From Octopus vulgaris (Eukaryota): a DNA stretch of 64,000 nt. Below the pieces are notes generated by a model. The model saw only the letters and a program-made list of their open reading frames with translations, ran no database searches and was not told the origin of the DNA. A program made the translations under genes and the position numbers. Below, piece after piece: positions 1 through 14,263 of this stretch (the first letter of the stretch is position 1; each line of letters begins with the position of its first letter). The stretch lies in assembly GCA_951406725.2 (NCBI GenBank), contig OX597823.1:73532001-73596000 (forward strand), given 5' to 3'.

Positions 1-1163
1 ATGCTGTTGACATCGTTTTATTGGATTTGCCAAAGCTTTTGACTCGGTAAACAACCACCTATTACTTGTCAAGCTTCAAGCATATAGTTTCCATCCGGAT
101 ATTGTACGATGGGTTGGTGCCTTCCTCTCAGATCGCTCCTTCCAAGTCCAAGTTAATGGTTCGCTGTCCTACGTCTCCAGTGCGAGCAGTGGCGTGCCTC
201 AAGGTTCAGTGCTTGGGCCCTTATTGTTCTAAGTCTTCATAAATGACTTGCCCGACGACCTCACGCAACACACCCTTCTATTTGCCGACGATGTCAAACT
301 GGTCGCTCCTCGCGGTGATATAGAGAATTTTCGTCGATGCCTCCACCAAATTTGGAGATGGTCTAACGAATGGGACCTGTGTCTGAACGTGTCAAAGTGC
401 TGTCATCTGCCTGTTGGCTCTCCTCCTGCAACTCAACTTGATTTCGAGTCGGGTCGTCTGCTGCTGGAGAGGACCGACCAGGTAAAGGACCTGGGTATCT
501 TGGTGGATTTCTCCTTTTCGCCTTCGGCCCAGTGCGTCTATGCTGCCAACAAAGCACGCGGAGTTCTGTTCTTGATTCGACGGTCATTCGGAATGCTCAC
601 AGCAGCTATATTCCTACCGCTCTATGTCACGCTGGTGAGACCCATATTGGAGTACGGGATTCAAGCCTCTTCTTATCTCCTCAAAGACATACAGCATCTC
701 GAAAGAGTCCAGAAGCTGGCTACCCACATGGTTCTTGGTCTCAAGAATTTGTCTTATGAAGAAAGGCTGAAGACGCTCGACCTTTATTCTCTAGAAAAAC
801 GACGACGCCGTGGTGATCTCATTCTTGCTCACAACATCATAAGCGGAAAGTGTAACCTCTCGAAAGAGCTGTTCTTCACTCCTGCTCCAGAGCGTCAGCT
901 GCGGGGTCACTCCGAAAAGCTCTATCTGCGACGATTTCATCTCAATCGAAGGAGAGGGGCTTTCTCCGTCCGGGTTGCGGATCCGTGGAATAAGCTGCCG
1001 GACGAGATGGTGAAGATGCCGACAACCGCTCGGTTCAAAGTCTTCCTTGACCACAAGTGGCCTGAACTCTTTACACCACCCTGTACATAACTTCATGTCC
1101 CCCTACATGACCTTGCTTTTTGCTTTTTGAGCCAAAAATTAACTAACTAAATAAATAAATAAA
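1..1163 (+). mobile_element. CR1-clade LINE, ORF2 reverse transcriptase 3' part with 3' UTR and (TAAC/TAAA)n tail; defective copy
   Basis: RT motifs FAKAFDSV, SGVPQGSVLGPLLF, LFADDVKL and KDLGI; CR1-type C-terminus RRRGDLI...RGH..KL...FSVRV...WNKLP. In-frame TAA at ~230. Short-repeat tail at ~1139-1163. Confidence 0.9.
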
Positions 1164-1164
1164 A

Positions 1165-2213
1165 ATTTTGTTGCACAATGTATCACTTACCTTGACAAAC
1201 TCTGACTCGTGTTTATACGTTTGACTCGTATTTATTACGTCACTCTGGATTTATAAACAACCCGATGTACTCTTTTATTGATTCAGCCATACATGCGTTT
1301 ACACACTTTTTGTACTACCTTACTGCACTAACTGAGAAGATAGTTGATACTTTCAGCCTTTTTTCACACACAGTGCATTTGATCCCTGACTGTCTTTTAT
1401 CAATATTTCTTTATTATTATTTGAGAAAGAACAAGCAGTGATTCAGTTCTACATTTCAGGTTTCCATCTCTCAGATACAACCAGCGTTCTTCAATTCCAA
1501 AATCCTTTGCTTGTTGCATAAATAACTCATATAGTTCTTTTCCATTCCACTTATTTGTTCTATTTTTTTATATTCTTGAAACCTTCCAGTTTCAGTCATT
1601 TTTAAACATATATATATCTATCTAGACACAAATAATAGTCTTTCTCGTTAATCACAACATAGTTTACAAACCATAAATCGCAGTATTGATAGCGTATTTT
1701 GCATTTAAGAAACCACTGCTTCTTTCCTTTATTTGTAAATAGAGCTGGTCTTTAGTAATTTAGAGTGGTGTGCATTATGCATTGTAAGCAGCTTGCTAGT
1801 CCTCCTATCCAATTCTCGTAGGTCTGTCTTTGTCCAATATTGATTGCCTTGATGGCATCACCTCCATTTAGTTTTGCTTCTAACACTTCCCAAACCTTCT
1901 TGTATTCTTTTTAGAGATTTTCTCATTTTTCTTTCCATTACCTTATCCTTCTGTAGTATCTATAGATGCTTGTATTCTTCATTCTCTTTCAGTGATCCAA
2001 CGACATCACTTTTGTGGCATCTTTATCCAATTACATTTAAGCTTTCGACATCTCTTCATGATTAATGCTGAAGACTTATTCTCCAAAAACTGCATACAGT
2101 ATTCTTGCTGAATATTTTTACTATTTGAACGAATGAATCAAACTTTTTCTTTATTTCTGGTGTTCACTTCGAGATCAACCATATATCGCAGGTAGGTCTT
2201 TATTTCCTCAGTA
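1165..2213 (-). mobile_element. Heavily decayed R4/Dong-type (REL) LINE fragment: RT C-terminus to CCHC region
   Basis: Minus-strand remnants such as YLRYMVDL (YMDDL-like), ELDRRTSKLLTMHNAHH and a C..C...E.I..L zinc-knuckle-like stretch near 1330-1380; many stops and frameshifts. Confidence 0.6.
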
Positions 2214-2215
2214 TA

Positions 2216-2594
2216 CACTACCGTCAGAAATTAATTAGCACCCTTGATTTGCTTTTCACTCAAGGTATGTGCTGTCACCTAGTGGCCATATCTCGAACCA
2301 TTGCTTTGTTGCGAGTTCACTGTTGCGCAGAACGATGACGTAACTTTGTTTGCAGAGCAGTTTGAGAGTCTACAGCCTTATGATGTTGACATAGCAGTGC
2401 AACAACAACTTGGAGTGCGGATGCAGACAAACTTCCTTTGTTTAATAGATATAGGTAGCGCCTCGCAAGGACCGAAATCACACCATACTAAGTTTTCTCA
2501 TCGCGTAAGACGTTTTGAACAGCTCATAGGTCAATTGATTTAACCTATTTAATGTAGAAATTTGAGAAGTGCTAATTAATTTCTGACGCAAGTG
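2216..2594. mobile_element. Tc1/mariner-type MITE (379 bp)
   Basis: TIRs CACTACCGTCAGAAATTAATTAGCAC ... GTGCTAATTAATTTCTGACGCAAGTG, flanked by TA on both sides (2214-15, 2595-96). Confidence 0.8.
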
Positions 2595-2790
2595 TACTTA
2601 TCAACGAAATCAACGCAACTACGAAAAGCAATAGATAGAGAGAGCCTCACTGAAATATTTCATTGCGGATTTTCGCATTTCCTAACGATTCATCCCCGCA
2701 TTTTAAATCTGCTTCCCTCGATTTTGTCCATTTTCCAAGAAGAAAAAAGAACTACTAATTTTCTGATAAACGCCGAGATTTGTCAATAAA

Positions 2791-3030
2791 GTGGGCCCAG
2801 TTAGAATTTTCTTCAGATCGCGTAACCCACCCCGCTAAAATGGTCCCTGAACAAGGCTTCTTTAAGGATGTTGAACGAAAATAACCATATTTCCAGAAAT
2901 TAATTATTCAAACCCCAAAGAATCCTCTCTTTTACACCAAGAAAAAACATGTATCATACATGATAACACTCCCAATCAGTAAAGTCCAGAAGCCATGAGA
3001 GCCAGCCTCTGTTACTGCACCAGGGTATTT
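2791..3030 (-). repeat. Partial copy of an unclassified interspersed repeat (fuller copy at 23374-23920)
   Basis: Reverse complement matches CCCTGATGCAGTACCAGGC...TCTAACTGGGCCCCCAC of the 23374 copy. Confidence 0.75.
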
Positions 3031-3129
3031 ATTATTGTTGTTGTTGTTGTTGTTATCCAATATTTGGTAGTTTCAGGCAAATTTTTACTGCATCACCTGC
3101 TACACCTCTGTGTTACTGGGGTGTGTGCA

Positions 3130-4010
3130 GCATTGCGTGTTTTTTTTTTGTTTTTTTTTTTGCTGAGGGAGTGCGAACTCTTCTAGGTACTGTATTGCAT
3201 CAGTTTGTCTTGTTACGCGGTCTGATTGCAGTCTTTTCTTATATTAGTGTTTGTACTCTGTGATGAGTGTGTAACATGAGTTGCCTTCTTCTGTTGGGTA
3301 TCCGGCCTGTAGAGTACATGTGGTGGTTGTTTATTTTATTAGATATTTACTATATAGAATGTAGCTTGCGTTTATGGATTGTTTTGTTTGGGTTGTATTG
3401 TTCAATTGATAGAGTTTTGCGTAGGAGGTGGGTTGTTCGTAGCCGGGCTATTTTTTGGACAGTGTGTAGCGTTGAGGGCCCAGGTATAGCTTTTACGTTT
3501 TTGTTCATAAGATTTTTTTTATCATACCCTATTATTATTATTTTAGTTTGGCTCAGGTTTGGTCTTACTCCGGTTGGGAAATATGTGGATAGTGGGATAC
3601 TAGCTATAACCTTAGGCATCCACAAGTTTTCAGCTGTCTTTCAAGTGCCTAGAACCTTCCTGATAATCCTTGCTGTCCCTAAGAAACAGTCTTTCTGTAG
3701 GAGCTCTACCGGGCTTTCTGTTTCAATCTCCTTCTCCTTCAGCCGTTTGTCTATATTTTTGCTTACTGTTCCCAACGCACCAATTATTACAGGCACGACC
3801 TTTATTGTTCACGTTCACCAAATTATTCCTATTTCAAAATTTAAGGGATTGTATTTTTTTCTTCCTATTTCTTCACGATTCCGGAATCAAATAGGCATGA
3901 TGTGTCGATAAGTAAGCAACTTTGCTTTTCTTTATCTATAATCATTATGACTGGTCCATTACTATCTAATTTCATGTCCGTTTAAATAGGAAAGTCTTAC
4001 ATTTCTCCGA
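3130..4010 (-). mobile_element. Two adjacent 3' ends of R4/Dong-type LINEs (REL endonuclease C-terminus plus 3' UTR)
   Basis: Translations VVPVIIGALGTV...LQKDCFLGTARIIRKVL* (3650-3800) and IPGPSTLHTVQKIARLRTTHLLRKTLSI (3400-3490). Confidence 0.75.
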
Positions 4011-4216
4011 CTCCAGTACCTTTTCGACTAGATGATTATTATTATTTGGAAAGGATTATCATTAGTAATTGCAGTAAGGCGGCAAGCAAGCAAAATGGTA
4101 TGCACGCCGGACAAAATTCTTAGCAGCAGTACCAGTTGAGCTTTGGGGTCGATGCAATTGATTAGCCCCACCAACACCACCACAAAATTCTAGGCTTTGT
4201 ACCTATAGCAGAAAGA

Positions 4217-4226
4217 ATTATTATTG

Positions 4227-4287
<61 letters not shown>

Positions 4288-4352
4288 CATTATTATTATT
4301 ACTATTATTATTATTATTATTATTAATAATATTATTATGATTATTATTATTA
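4217..4352. repeat. (TTA)n microsatellite
   Basis: Direct reading. Confidence 0.95.
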
Positions 4353-4371
4353 TTTTTTTTTTTTTTTTTGA

Positions 4372-4585
4372 AGGCGGCGAGCTAGCAGAATCGTTAGCAC
4401 GCCGGACAAATTGCTTTGTGGCATTTCATCCGTCTTTACGTTCCGAATTCAAATACCGCCGAGGTCAACTTAGCCTTTCATCCTTTCGGGATCGATAAAA
4501 TAAGTACCAGTTACGTACTGGAGTCGATGCAATCGACTTACTCCCTCCCCTGAAATTGCTGACCTTGTGCCAAAATTTGAAACCA
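4372..4585 (+). mobile_element. tRNA-derived SINE, family A
   Basis: Head GGCGGCGAGCTAGCAGAATCGTTAGC, B-box-like TTCAAAT, central GCCTTTCATCCTTTCGGGATCGATAAAATAAGTACCAG. Many other copies in the window (e.g. ~8280, ~8690, ~31815, ~36830). Confidence 0.85.
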
Positions 4586-5288
4586 TTGTTATTATTATTT
4601 GCTTCATATTTGCTCATTTTCTCATTTAGAATTCGTCTTGAGAATCCAATTACAAGATAGCACACTCCTCAACTATATTCTTCTATTCACAAATACTTTT
4701 TTTCTTTTGATGTTAGTCATATTATGCAAAGAAATCAGTCATATTACTTTCTATCATTTTGGGGGATCAATATTAATATAAAATATCCGATATCAATGGC
4801 GATATTAATGTCGCGTAAGTCATTTTGCTGAGGACGAACCTCAGAAGATATTATTTTCTTGTAATTATTTGGGAGAAGATACACAACAGTGATATCGAGC
4901 CTTTTATTTGTGGCTATGGATATAATCGGAATCCGGTATTGTAAACTATCAAATAGTCATCAAATATACAGTGAACTCACTAATTAAATTGACGTACCGC
5001 ATTATATTTATCTCCATAAATGAGCCAAATAGAGAGCCTTTGCGAGGTCGCTCGATCTGTTAGAAATAACATCCAAATCTCCGTCAAATTGCCCAGACTA
5101 TATAAAATGAATAAGAAAAGAACATATTGAATTATTTAGTCATGATTTCCCTAAAAATAAGTGGTGGTCACGACTGGAGTCACAAGTCAGCTCTATCAGG
5201 GTTGATATGGAATTTAACAGCAACTTATTTTCATGTGTGTCATTTAATATATTTGCGGAAGTTATAGAAATGCATTTGACAATCCCTT

Positions 5289-5341
<53 letters not shown>

Positions 5342-6384
5342 CCTACATCAAACATATACACACATATTCATTTACATACATATATACATACATATATAAA
5401 CACATGTACCCATATACATACACACAAATATGCATCTGAAAAGAACATCAATCATTCATTTTTGGCGAAAATTTCCTATAAAATCAATCCACTTCAGACT
5501 TCTTATTAATTCATATCGTATTTATTAAATACGTCTACAGTTTTTTCAGGAGAAAATGAGTTGGGGATATGTAAAACTGAATATATTGTTTTATCTTCTT
5601 ACTGGCCCAAGTCATTCGACTGAGGCCTTGCAAGGACAGTCTTTAAGAGTATGGTCGATTACATCAAACTTAGTATTTATTTAATCAAGTATTCATTTTA
5701 TCGATCACGGAATGATGAAAGACAAAGTGGACAGTAAAATGGCAGGTTATCAACTTAGAATTAAAAGACACAAAATCAAATATACGCAAAATATTTGTGC
5801 GACATTGTACCGGTTCCGTTAACCACAAACATTCTGTCAACCAATATATTCTGCCACTCATTCACACATATATTCGTATTAACCGTCATTTCAATTCTAA
5901 ACCGTTTAAATTGTGATTAGATCAGACAGATTGATGTCTAACATTAGCACAAGACAACACATTCTAGAACGTGGTACAGTCGATTGAATTAACACCAGTA
6001 ATTAACTGGTAACTATAATTTATTGACCCTAGTAGGATGAAAGACAACGTTGACCTCCGCAGAATTTAGATATTGGAGAGACATACCTGGTCTAATCGAT
6101 AATCCGCTATCGATCGACGAGCCAATATTTCATATCTGCTCTCCAGAGCTTGCTTCAAAGCCAAAGCATTAAAGTCTAAGTCTACCTAATTAAATATATA
6201 CTATGTTTACGCACGCGTCACTGTTATAAATGTCAGGAAGTTGTGTGAGTAATGGCTTCTGATTTAGGCACATGACCATAAGTTTACTCGATACCTCCAA
6301 CCCCAATACTTGACCGATATTCTAGTTTAGCAACCCGGTGGGATGAAAGACAAAGCTGGCTTCGGTGGTATGTGAACTTAACTA

Positions 6385-6702
6385 AGGCGGCGAGCTGGTA
6401 GAAACGTTAGCATGCCGGGCGAAATGCTTAGCGGTATTTCGTCTGTAATCGACTTAATCCGTTGTCTGTCCTTGTTTGTCTTCTCTGTGTTTAGCCCCTT
6501 GTGGGTAGTAAAGAAATAGGCATTTCGTCTGCCACTACATTCTGAGTTCAAATTCCGCCGAGGTCGACTTTACCTTTCATTCTTTCGGGGTTGATAAATT
6601 AAGTACCAGTTACGCACTGGAGTCGATGTAATCGACTTAATCCGTTTGTCTGTCCTTGTTTGTCCCCTCTGTGTTTAGCCCCTTGTGGGTAGTAAAGAAA
6701 TA
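6385..6702 (+). mobile_element. SINE family A composite (two tail-A segments), nested in an older minus-strand SINE
   Basis: Head at 6385; two GTTTAGCCCCTTGTGGGTAGTAAAGAAATA tails; imperfect TSD GGTATGTGAAC(T/C)TAAC on both sides. Confidence 0.85.
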
Positions 6703-7311
6703 GGTATGTGAACCTAACGTAAAGAACTGGAAGAAATGCTGCAAGACATTTTGGACGACGATTCTGCCAGCCCATTTCTCTACGTTATGTGATTAATGAA
6801 AGTTTATCCAGCTATCGTAATTTAGTCGTCAATATGATGATGAATTATATGTAACTTTATACGAATGAATAAAAATAAAATGCTCTTTGAATGGATATCA
6901 GTTTCATACATTGATACAAGGTCACATATTTATAGGAGAATATGAGAATTAAGATTATGCAGCATCCATCCTTTTAGAAAGCATTTGAAGCATAAACGAA
7001 GAAACTGTAAAAAAAAATAATATAAAATAAAAAACTGTTGTAAAGATTGATTTCACCTATAATCAACTTTGAACTTTGCAGATAATCTGTTACTTATAAT
7101 AAAAGAAATAAATGAAATATCAACGGCAAATTTCCTCGCAACCCAGCACCGAAGCGTCATTAATAGACACAGAACCTCATCGATGGTTCGACTATTTAAG
7201 TACTATACACTTCCGCCTTGCTGGTTTGTACGGTATCTGGAATCCCTACATAAATTTTGCTGTAATACCCATACCCTGTCCAAGGATACAATTTATGTGA
7301 ATGAATATCTT

Positions 7312-7698
7312 TTCTACTCTAGGAAGAAGGCCCTAAAGTTTGTGTGGAGGGGGCCAGTCGAGTAGATCGACCCCAGTACGCAACTGGTACTTAATTTATC
7401 GACCCCGAAAAGATGAAAGGCAAAGTCGACCTCGGCGGAATTTGAACCCAGAACGTAAAAATACCTATTTCTTTACTACCCACAAGGGGCTAAACATAGA
7501 GAGGACAAACTAGGACAGACAAATGGATTAAGTCAATTACATCGACCCCAGTGCGTAACTGGTACTTAATTTATCGACCCTGAAAGGATGAAAGGCAAAG
7601 TCGACCTCGACGGAATTTGAACTCAGAATGTAGCAGCAGACGAAATACCGCTAAGCATTTCGCCCGGCATGCTAACGTTTCTGCCATCTCGCCGCCTT
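7312..7698 (-). mobile_element. SINE family A dimer (head-body-tailA-body-tailB)
   Basis: Duplicated central body; TSD GTGAAT(G/A)AATATCTT at 7297 and 7699. Confidence 0.85.
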
Positions 7699-10578
7699 GT
7701 GAATAAATATCTTGAACCAAGAGTGTACAAATTTAAGTTTACTTTTTAGTACTGCATACGCTTGCGAATGTAATAGATATATCTTTTTTAACTATGTAGA
7801 AGGTAAATTGTTATAATGGAAGTGATACAGTTGAGTGAACCAACACCGACTGGTATTTGGTGATATTTGTAATAGTAGTCGTTCGGCATTGAACTGTTGA
7901 ATTTTCAACAAAGGAACTTCAACTAAGAAATTTCAACTAAGCACGCAGTTTTTGTCACCGTTGTTGCTGTCAACCTGAGGCCAATCCTGATCAAATAAAC
8001 ACACAATCAAAATACGCTCCAGCTACAATCATCCTGAGTGGGGCGGGTGGGGTCAGATACAGTATATCTTGATCACATACATTATATCTTTCCCTTTTAA
8101 AACCGTGGAGTAGGAGCTGAGAGAAATGCGGCTGTTATCTCTAGCAAATCTAGCGACCACATAGATACAATATGTAAAGGAACAAGAGGAAATAATGTAA
8201 ATTACTCCGTTCATCGTTCTACTTGCTCCGTTATTCCATGATATTTTCAATATTTTCATTGATTTGTAAAATAAGTCAGCGAGCTGACAGAAACATTAAC
8301 GCGTCTGACAAAATGCTTAGTGAAATTTTACCAGTTTTTTATGTTCTGAATTCGACTTTGCATTTCACCCTTTCGGGTCGATAAAATAAGTACCACTTGA
8401 GCATTGGTTGGAGCGGGTCAATGTAATCAACCACAACCTCTCCGAAAATTGTTGGCCTCGAAAATTTAAAACTATTATTAATTTTTAATATAAGCAAGTG
8501 ATTTCAAATTTGGAGTAACTATAAAATCAGTTCTATTCTTTGACTGGTGCTTATTTTATCAACCACGGAAGGTTAAAGGACAGAGTCAACACCGGCAAAA
8601 TTCGTATGTAGATAGGAAGGGAGCTCTACCGATTCTACTAATACACCTCATGTTTCAGGGTTATTATTAAGTTCTACAAAGACACTGAACTGATAGAATC
8701 GTTAACGCGTCGGACAAAAACGTTTAGCAGCATTTCTTTCGATTCTTTATGTTCTTAGTTCAAATTCCACCGAGGTCGATTTTACCTTTCATCCTTTCGG
8801 GATCGATAAAATAAGTACCTATTAAACACCTGGCAGCGATGTAATCAACTATTCCGTTCCCCAAAATTTCAGACCATGTACCTATAATGGAAAGAATTAT
8901 TAAGATCTGCAAGGAAGCTGGGTAATTGTGTTAGGATATAAACGTAAGTGCAATAGATAACTCTTCTAATTGATTTAAAGTGTCCATCGAGTGGATCTAC
9001 CAATTAATTAATCATGACTTGTACTGTTTTTCTGCTATTGATACTAATTAAAAATGACATAAATGAAGAGTTGATAATTCATTTAAGAAAACTATTTATC
9101 ACACCGTTTCATTTCTTCTCACTTTTAATTACAATGATGTCGCTGTGGTCGATTTTGTTGATCGAACAAAACTATGATCGAAGACATTATTGCTATGACC
9201 ATCCCTTTTTAAGATATTTAGAGCAACATTATCCAATATATCGTTTGTTATTTAACACAGTGAAGGTGTGTTTTAAGGAAGCTTGGCTGCTCTTTCTAAA
9301 AAAATCGAGTAACGACGTCGAATAAATTCCCTCGTTGGCTCATTAAATACAATTCACATTTAATGATCCAACGAAAGACTGTCTATATGGCGTGCGTCAA
9401 TTTAACGAATCATCATTATGCATATGGATTTATCAAATAAACTGTGTATGTGGGCGTTAACAAACCGTAAAACGTGAGCCACAAAATTTCAATTAATTTT
9501 TGTTCACTACAACACTGCATATGTCAACGCTCACTTTATTATCTATTTTTGATAAAGAAGGCGTTCCTGAGCACCCCTGTGTTATTCATACAGTGTATGT
9601 AATAAGCTGCCAAGTCGGTATGGTTTTGATTGCCAGTTGCAGCTATTTCCTTTTCCTTATTCTACCAAAGTCTTTTGATAACTGCATGAATAATATAACT
9701 AAAGTTACCCTTCTTAGCAAATAGAGGCTCCGAGGTCGTACAATATTCTGGGAGTGAATAAATAGGGATTTGTACCTGAGCAAAACATTTAAGTTCAAGT
9801 ATGTCTGTATGCTTAAGAAATTTACATCAATACCTGCGGGTTCGTCCCCTCTACGCGAAACTTTGGGCTACATCTTCAAAACAGCTCCGAGGTCGTGCAA
9901 TATCTTGGGAGTGAATTTCAAAGACGTCTGTATGTGTGTTGGGGTATGGTGTTACTGTTTGTGTGTGTATGTGAATGTGCGTATGTGAATGTGTGTACGC
10001 ATGCTTGTATGAGTGTGTGTGTGGGTGTGTATCTTTGTTTGCCTCCCCCAACATCTCTCGACATTCGTTTGTTTACGATAAAGTATAAGTAGAAGATTTA
10101 AGCAGTAAGTACGGGGTGGTCGATTTGATCACCTATTACTGTCAGAGCACATTGGATGGCGTTGTCCATAGAACACAACGACTGAAAAGAATTGAATTAT
10201 CAAGACAACAATGCATTTAATCAAAGGTTTACTCGACCAAGGCTGACATGAGATCAAACAATAAGAATAATGGCTACTGATCGTGGCATTGAGAAAAATT
10301 TTCGTGGTCCCTCAGTCTGCTAGAAATATAACTGAATTTCTTTCAAATCACAACTTACTGTCTTTAAAAAAATAAGGTCATAATAGATAAAGTAGTCCTT
10401 AATATACAATCTAAAACTACAAAGTCGGGATAGTCACGGCTGAGAGCTTTGTCTGCAGGTGTGCTTATGAGAGCTGCTCTGAGACTTAATGACCAAATTA
10501 CTTGTAAATTTTTCAATGTTTTCTACCTCTCTTTCTCCTTCTTCCCCTCTACCCTTTCTCTCTCTCCCTCTTTCTCCC

Positions 10579-10640
<62 letters not shown>

Positions 10641-10644
10641 CTAC

Positions 10645-10761
10645 CGTAATGCAATGCGGGACGTTTTAATGACATCACCTAGAACATTGTACGGCGCCAA
10701 TGACGTGTTAGATTTCTTTAGCCTGGATAGCAACACCGCACACAGTCGTATATTAGAATTT
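10645..10761 (-). CDS. Candidate internal coding exon (117 nt, phase 2-2), product unknown
   Basis: Acceptor CTGCTGTTTTCTTCAG| and donor CG|GTAGGA. Length is a multiple of 3 with one open frame (NSNIRLCAVLLSRLKKSNTSLAPYNVLGDVIKTSRIALR). Non-repetitive, but no recognised motif. Confidence 0.3.
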
Positions 10762-13547
10762 CTGAAGAAAACAGCAGAAGATTCGAGACATGTATCATGT
10801 TTTTTTTCTTGGACGTTAATATATGGTATAATAAACTGTATATGTCGTTAATTTAGAAAAAAGACACTAACAAGTTCTTTTATTACTAAAATGAAATGAA
10901 AAATAAAGTATGACGTCAGTACTGGTGGACAATATTTAAAGTTTTAATTTGTGTTGTAGCGTTTTATGGTTTCTAAAAAGAATCAGTTAAAACAAATCTA
11001 TTGTTAGTCAAGGTTGGCGGAGGCGGCGGTGTGGGAGAGGGGTCAGCGGCGTTGATGGTGGGTGTAGAATCAGCAGAGCCATTGATTAACTACATCTCAG
11101 AACATAGTTGCGTCATTATGGGTTTCCAAGGTATTTCCTTTCATACTTCCAAAGTCAATTACGTAAGTTCTTAGTATTTCTATTTCCATCCTCGATACAA
11201 ACTGTGATTCACGAGATCGCAAACAACTTAATATATCATATATTTCTGCAACAAGATATACTATACAGTTCTCGATTGCAAGAAGATGGCCTCTTTTTTT
11301 TTGCAATATAAGAGCGCTGAAGTAACATTTCAGTTTTTATAGTGCTCCCTCTGCAAGTAAAGACTCATAATATCACTTTATGATATTTCTAACTGTGTTA
11401 GGTGAATTCTTGGGAGTTATGTTCTTGGTCATTGAACTATGAATTAATACTGATTTATCGATATTTGTCCTCTTTTTCCCGTTACACTAGGAACAAATCT
11501 TTCTACCGCTGGTAGAATTTTCTGCGGATGAATATTTTGAGAATTTCGCCAGGTTTTAGGATTATGGTGGAATAGTCTTCAATCTTATCTTTGTTCGATC
11601 AACCACTCAATTGCTCACTAGCATTCTCATAAATGTCATTATGTAAAGATCGGTAAGTTTATTATGAAAGTCATGTGCAAGTCACACAAGTGGGACTATG
11701 TTTGAGAATCTCGTCAATTTTTACTGTGGTAAATCAAACAACTTACTTACTTTGTAGCTCCGGCTCTATCCAGAAGCTCTCCTTGTGAGATGTAGTAAAT
11801 ACCCAAAGGTTCAGATTGTTTTTCCGCTCTTTGCAGCGCTAAGTAGATGGAATATATATTTTTTTTTTTTGGATAACGCGCTGATGCATTTTAGATAGAT
11901 ATTCATCAGAAGAAATTTACTTAACTAAAGCTAAGTAAAGATCACTTCAATACTGTTCTTTATTCGGTGAATCAGTCCTGTGTGGTGTTTCTTCCCAGCT
12001 AAATAAACTTGTCCATTAAGTGTTGTTATTTCTGTTGTTGAACAGCAGGTTAGAATTAATAGAGTGTACTTATGATCAAAGACGTTCAAATCGTAACCAT
12101 CCCATCTTTCAACACAGATATTACTATATTATTCTATGTGTCACACCATTTTCAATTCAGAAAGATGTTACTTGGCTGCTGTTTCTAGCAGGTTGAACCA
12201 CCCAGGAAGTGTTTCTTCGTAGACTCCTTAAGAGTCAGGCTATGAACACAAAGATGAATTAGGACTGAAATACAAGCCAGAAGGTTGTTTGGGATCTCTT
12301 CATTTCGGCTACTCAATCTCAAAGAGGACATTATGCATGAAAATAATCTCCTTACCAATGCCAATAAAATATTATGTAAAGATTAGTAAGGTTATTATGA
12401 AAAGTATTTGCGATTCACACAATTCTTCCTTTACATATAGATCAGAAGCTTTGTAAGGATATGATAATGAATATGGTATTTATCATATATAATTTCTTTC
12501 CGGCCCATTTCCACTGTACTTTTGTCTTCAATGTACTTTTGTCTTCAATGGAGAAGAAACTAATATATTTATTAGTTGAACGCTATAAATTCTCAGTGAC
12601 CTTAAACTGCCACCCAATTTCGGTTCCATTTTGAACCATTACACTTCTTTGGAGCCAAATCAAATCAAATATTGACTAGGCGTTAAATTGAACCAAGTTA
12701 CATCTCCAAAATGACCAGATGACTGTGTGTATTTGGTTATTCACAGATATTTTCAGTGACTTTGCGTCTCTGCTATACATACAGAGTTTATTTGCCTAAA
12801 CTTTTTGCTATAGTGAAAAAAAACTGCGATTTTGTTATATCTTTGAAATCCCAACTGCTATCTTTCAAGCGACTTTTAGAAAGAACATGCTGCTAACACT
12901 TCATTTATGATCATTTCACCAGTTGTATGTTTGAGACATATCCGAAGAGAATGTAGCAGATGGTTTCTGAGAACTGATCATATTGATAATATTTATCATC
13001 AAAATCATAGAAATTACAAATATTCCTTTCAATGAATCTGTTAAAGGAAAGTTATTTTCTTCATTTTCAGTTAAATTGTCCTTTAGGATGTAAAAATTAG
13101 AACTTTCCTATCGATGAACGAGCATACAATTCTTCAAAATATTCAATATGTAAATGGTTAAGATTTTATTATTCTTAATAAAAACTATTTGCTTCGTGAT
13201 TTTTTTGCGTTATTTCTCAACAATATTAGCTTGGAATATCAGTTGTTATATTATATTCCCTTTCACAAGTTCACTAAAGTGTGTGCGAAGACATATATGT
13301 TATAAATTTAAGCATGTATATGTAAGTTTATAAGTGTTCATATATATATATATATGGGGGGGGGGTATCTATATATATATATATAATTAAGTAAACAGAG
13401 GATGGAATTGGTATAACTCTTCATTTTGTACGACGATCAATTCGACCCATCCTATGATTGTCCTTTATGAGTGGGATGCTGCGCCAGTATTTTACTCAGC
13501 ACATCAGCACACTAATTGACATATACCTATTAGTCCAAAATATTACG

Positions 13548-13548
13548 T

Positions 13549-13617
<69 letters not shown>

Positions 13618-13627
13618 CATACATACA

Positions 13628-13661
<34 letters not shown>

Positions 13662-13716
13662 GATAGATACATAGATATACATATGTACATATATATATAC
13701 ATATATACATAGATAG

Positions 13717-13747
<31 letters not shown>

Positions 13748-13756
13748 GATAAATAA

Positions 13757-13804
<48 letters not shown>

Positions 13805-13876
13805 GTATATACAGTATTTGAATGTATATGTGTGTTTATACATATATGTGCGTGTGTGTGTGTGTGTGTGTGTGTA
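13548..13876. repeat. Compound microsatellite (TA)n/(GATA)n/(CATA)n/(TG)n
   Basis: Direct reading. Confidence 0.95.
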
Positions 13877-14060
13877 GGGAAGCGGAAAAAATGTTGGTAT
13901 TATTTATTTACAAGATACCTCCTATTAGAAATTTTTCAGACAGAGAATCAGAATTTCCTATAAAAGATATCTCACATGGTTTTCCTACATGTTTAATTTT
14001 GTAACTCTTATTAGCAAATGGAACTCGTGCAATGCTATATAAATATTTTATATATATATT

Positions 14061-14263
14061 CGCCATGATATATCGGTAGCCACTACACACATTTTTTTCT
14101 CTCTTTGCTTCTCTCCTTTTTTTCTCTCCGTGTTTCTTTCTGTGTTCCTTTCTGTGGAAGAGCGTAGGCTCGAAACGTTAAAGACTTTTTCAATTCCCGA
14201 GCGTTATACTTATACATCTGTTTGTTTTCTACACCACCTGTCTTCGTCTTTTGTTTTTTTTTC

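Noticed and set aside
3267-3911. 214-aa hydrophobic + strand ORF resembling a membrane protein
   Set aside because: Antisense reading of A-rich LINE 3' ends.
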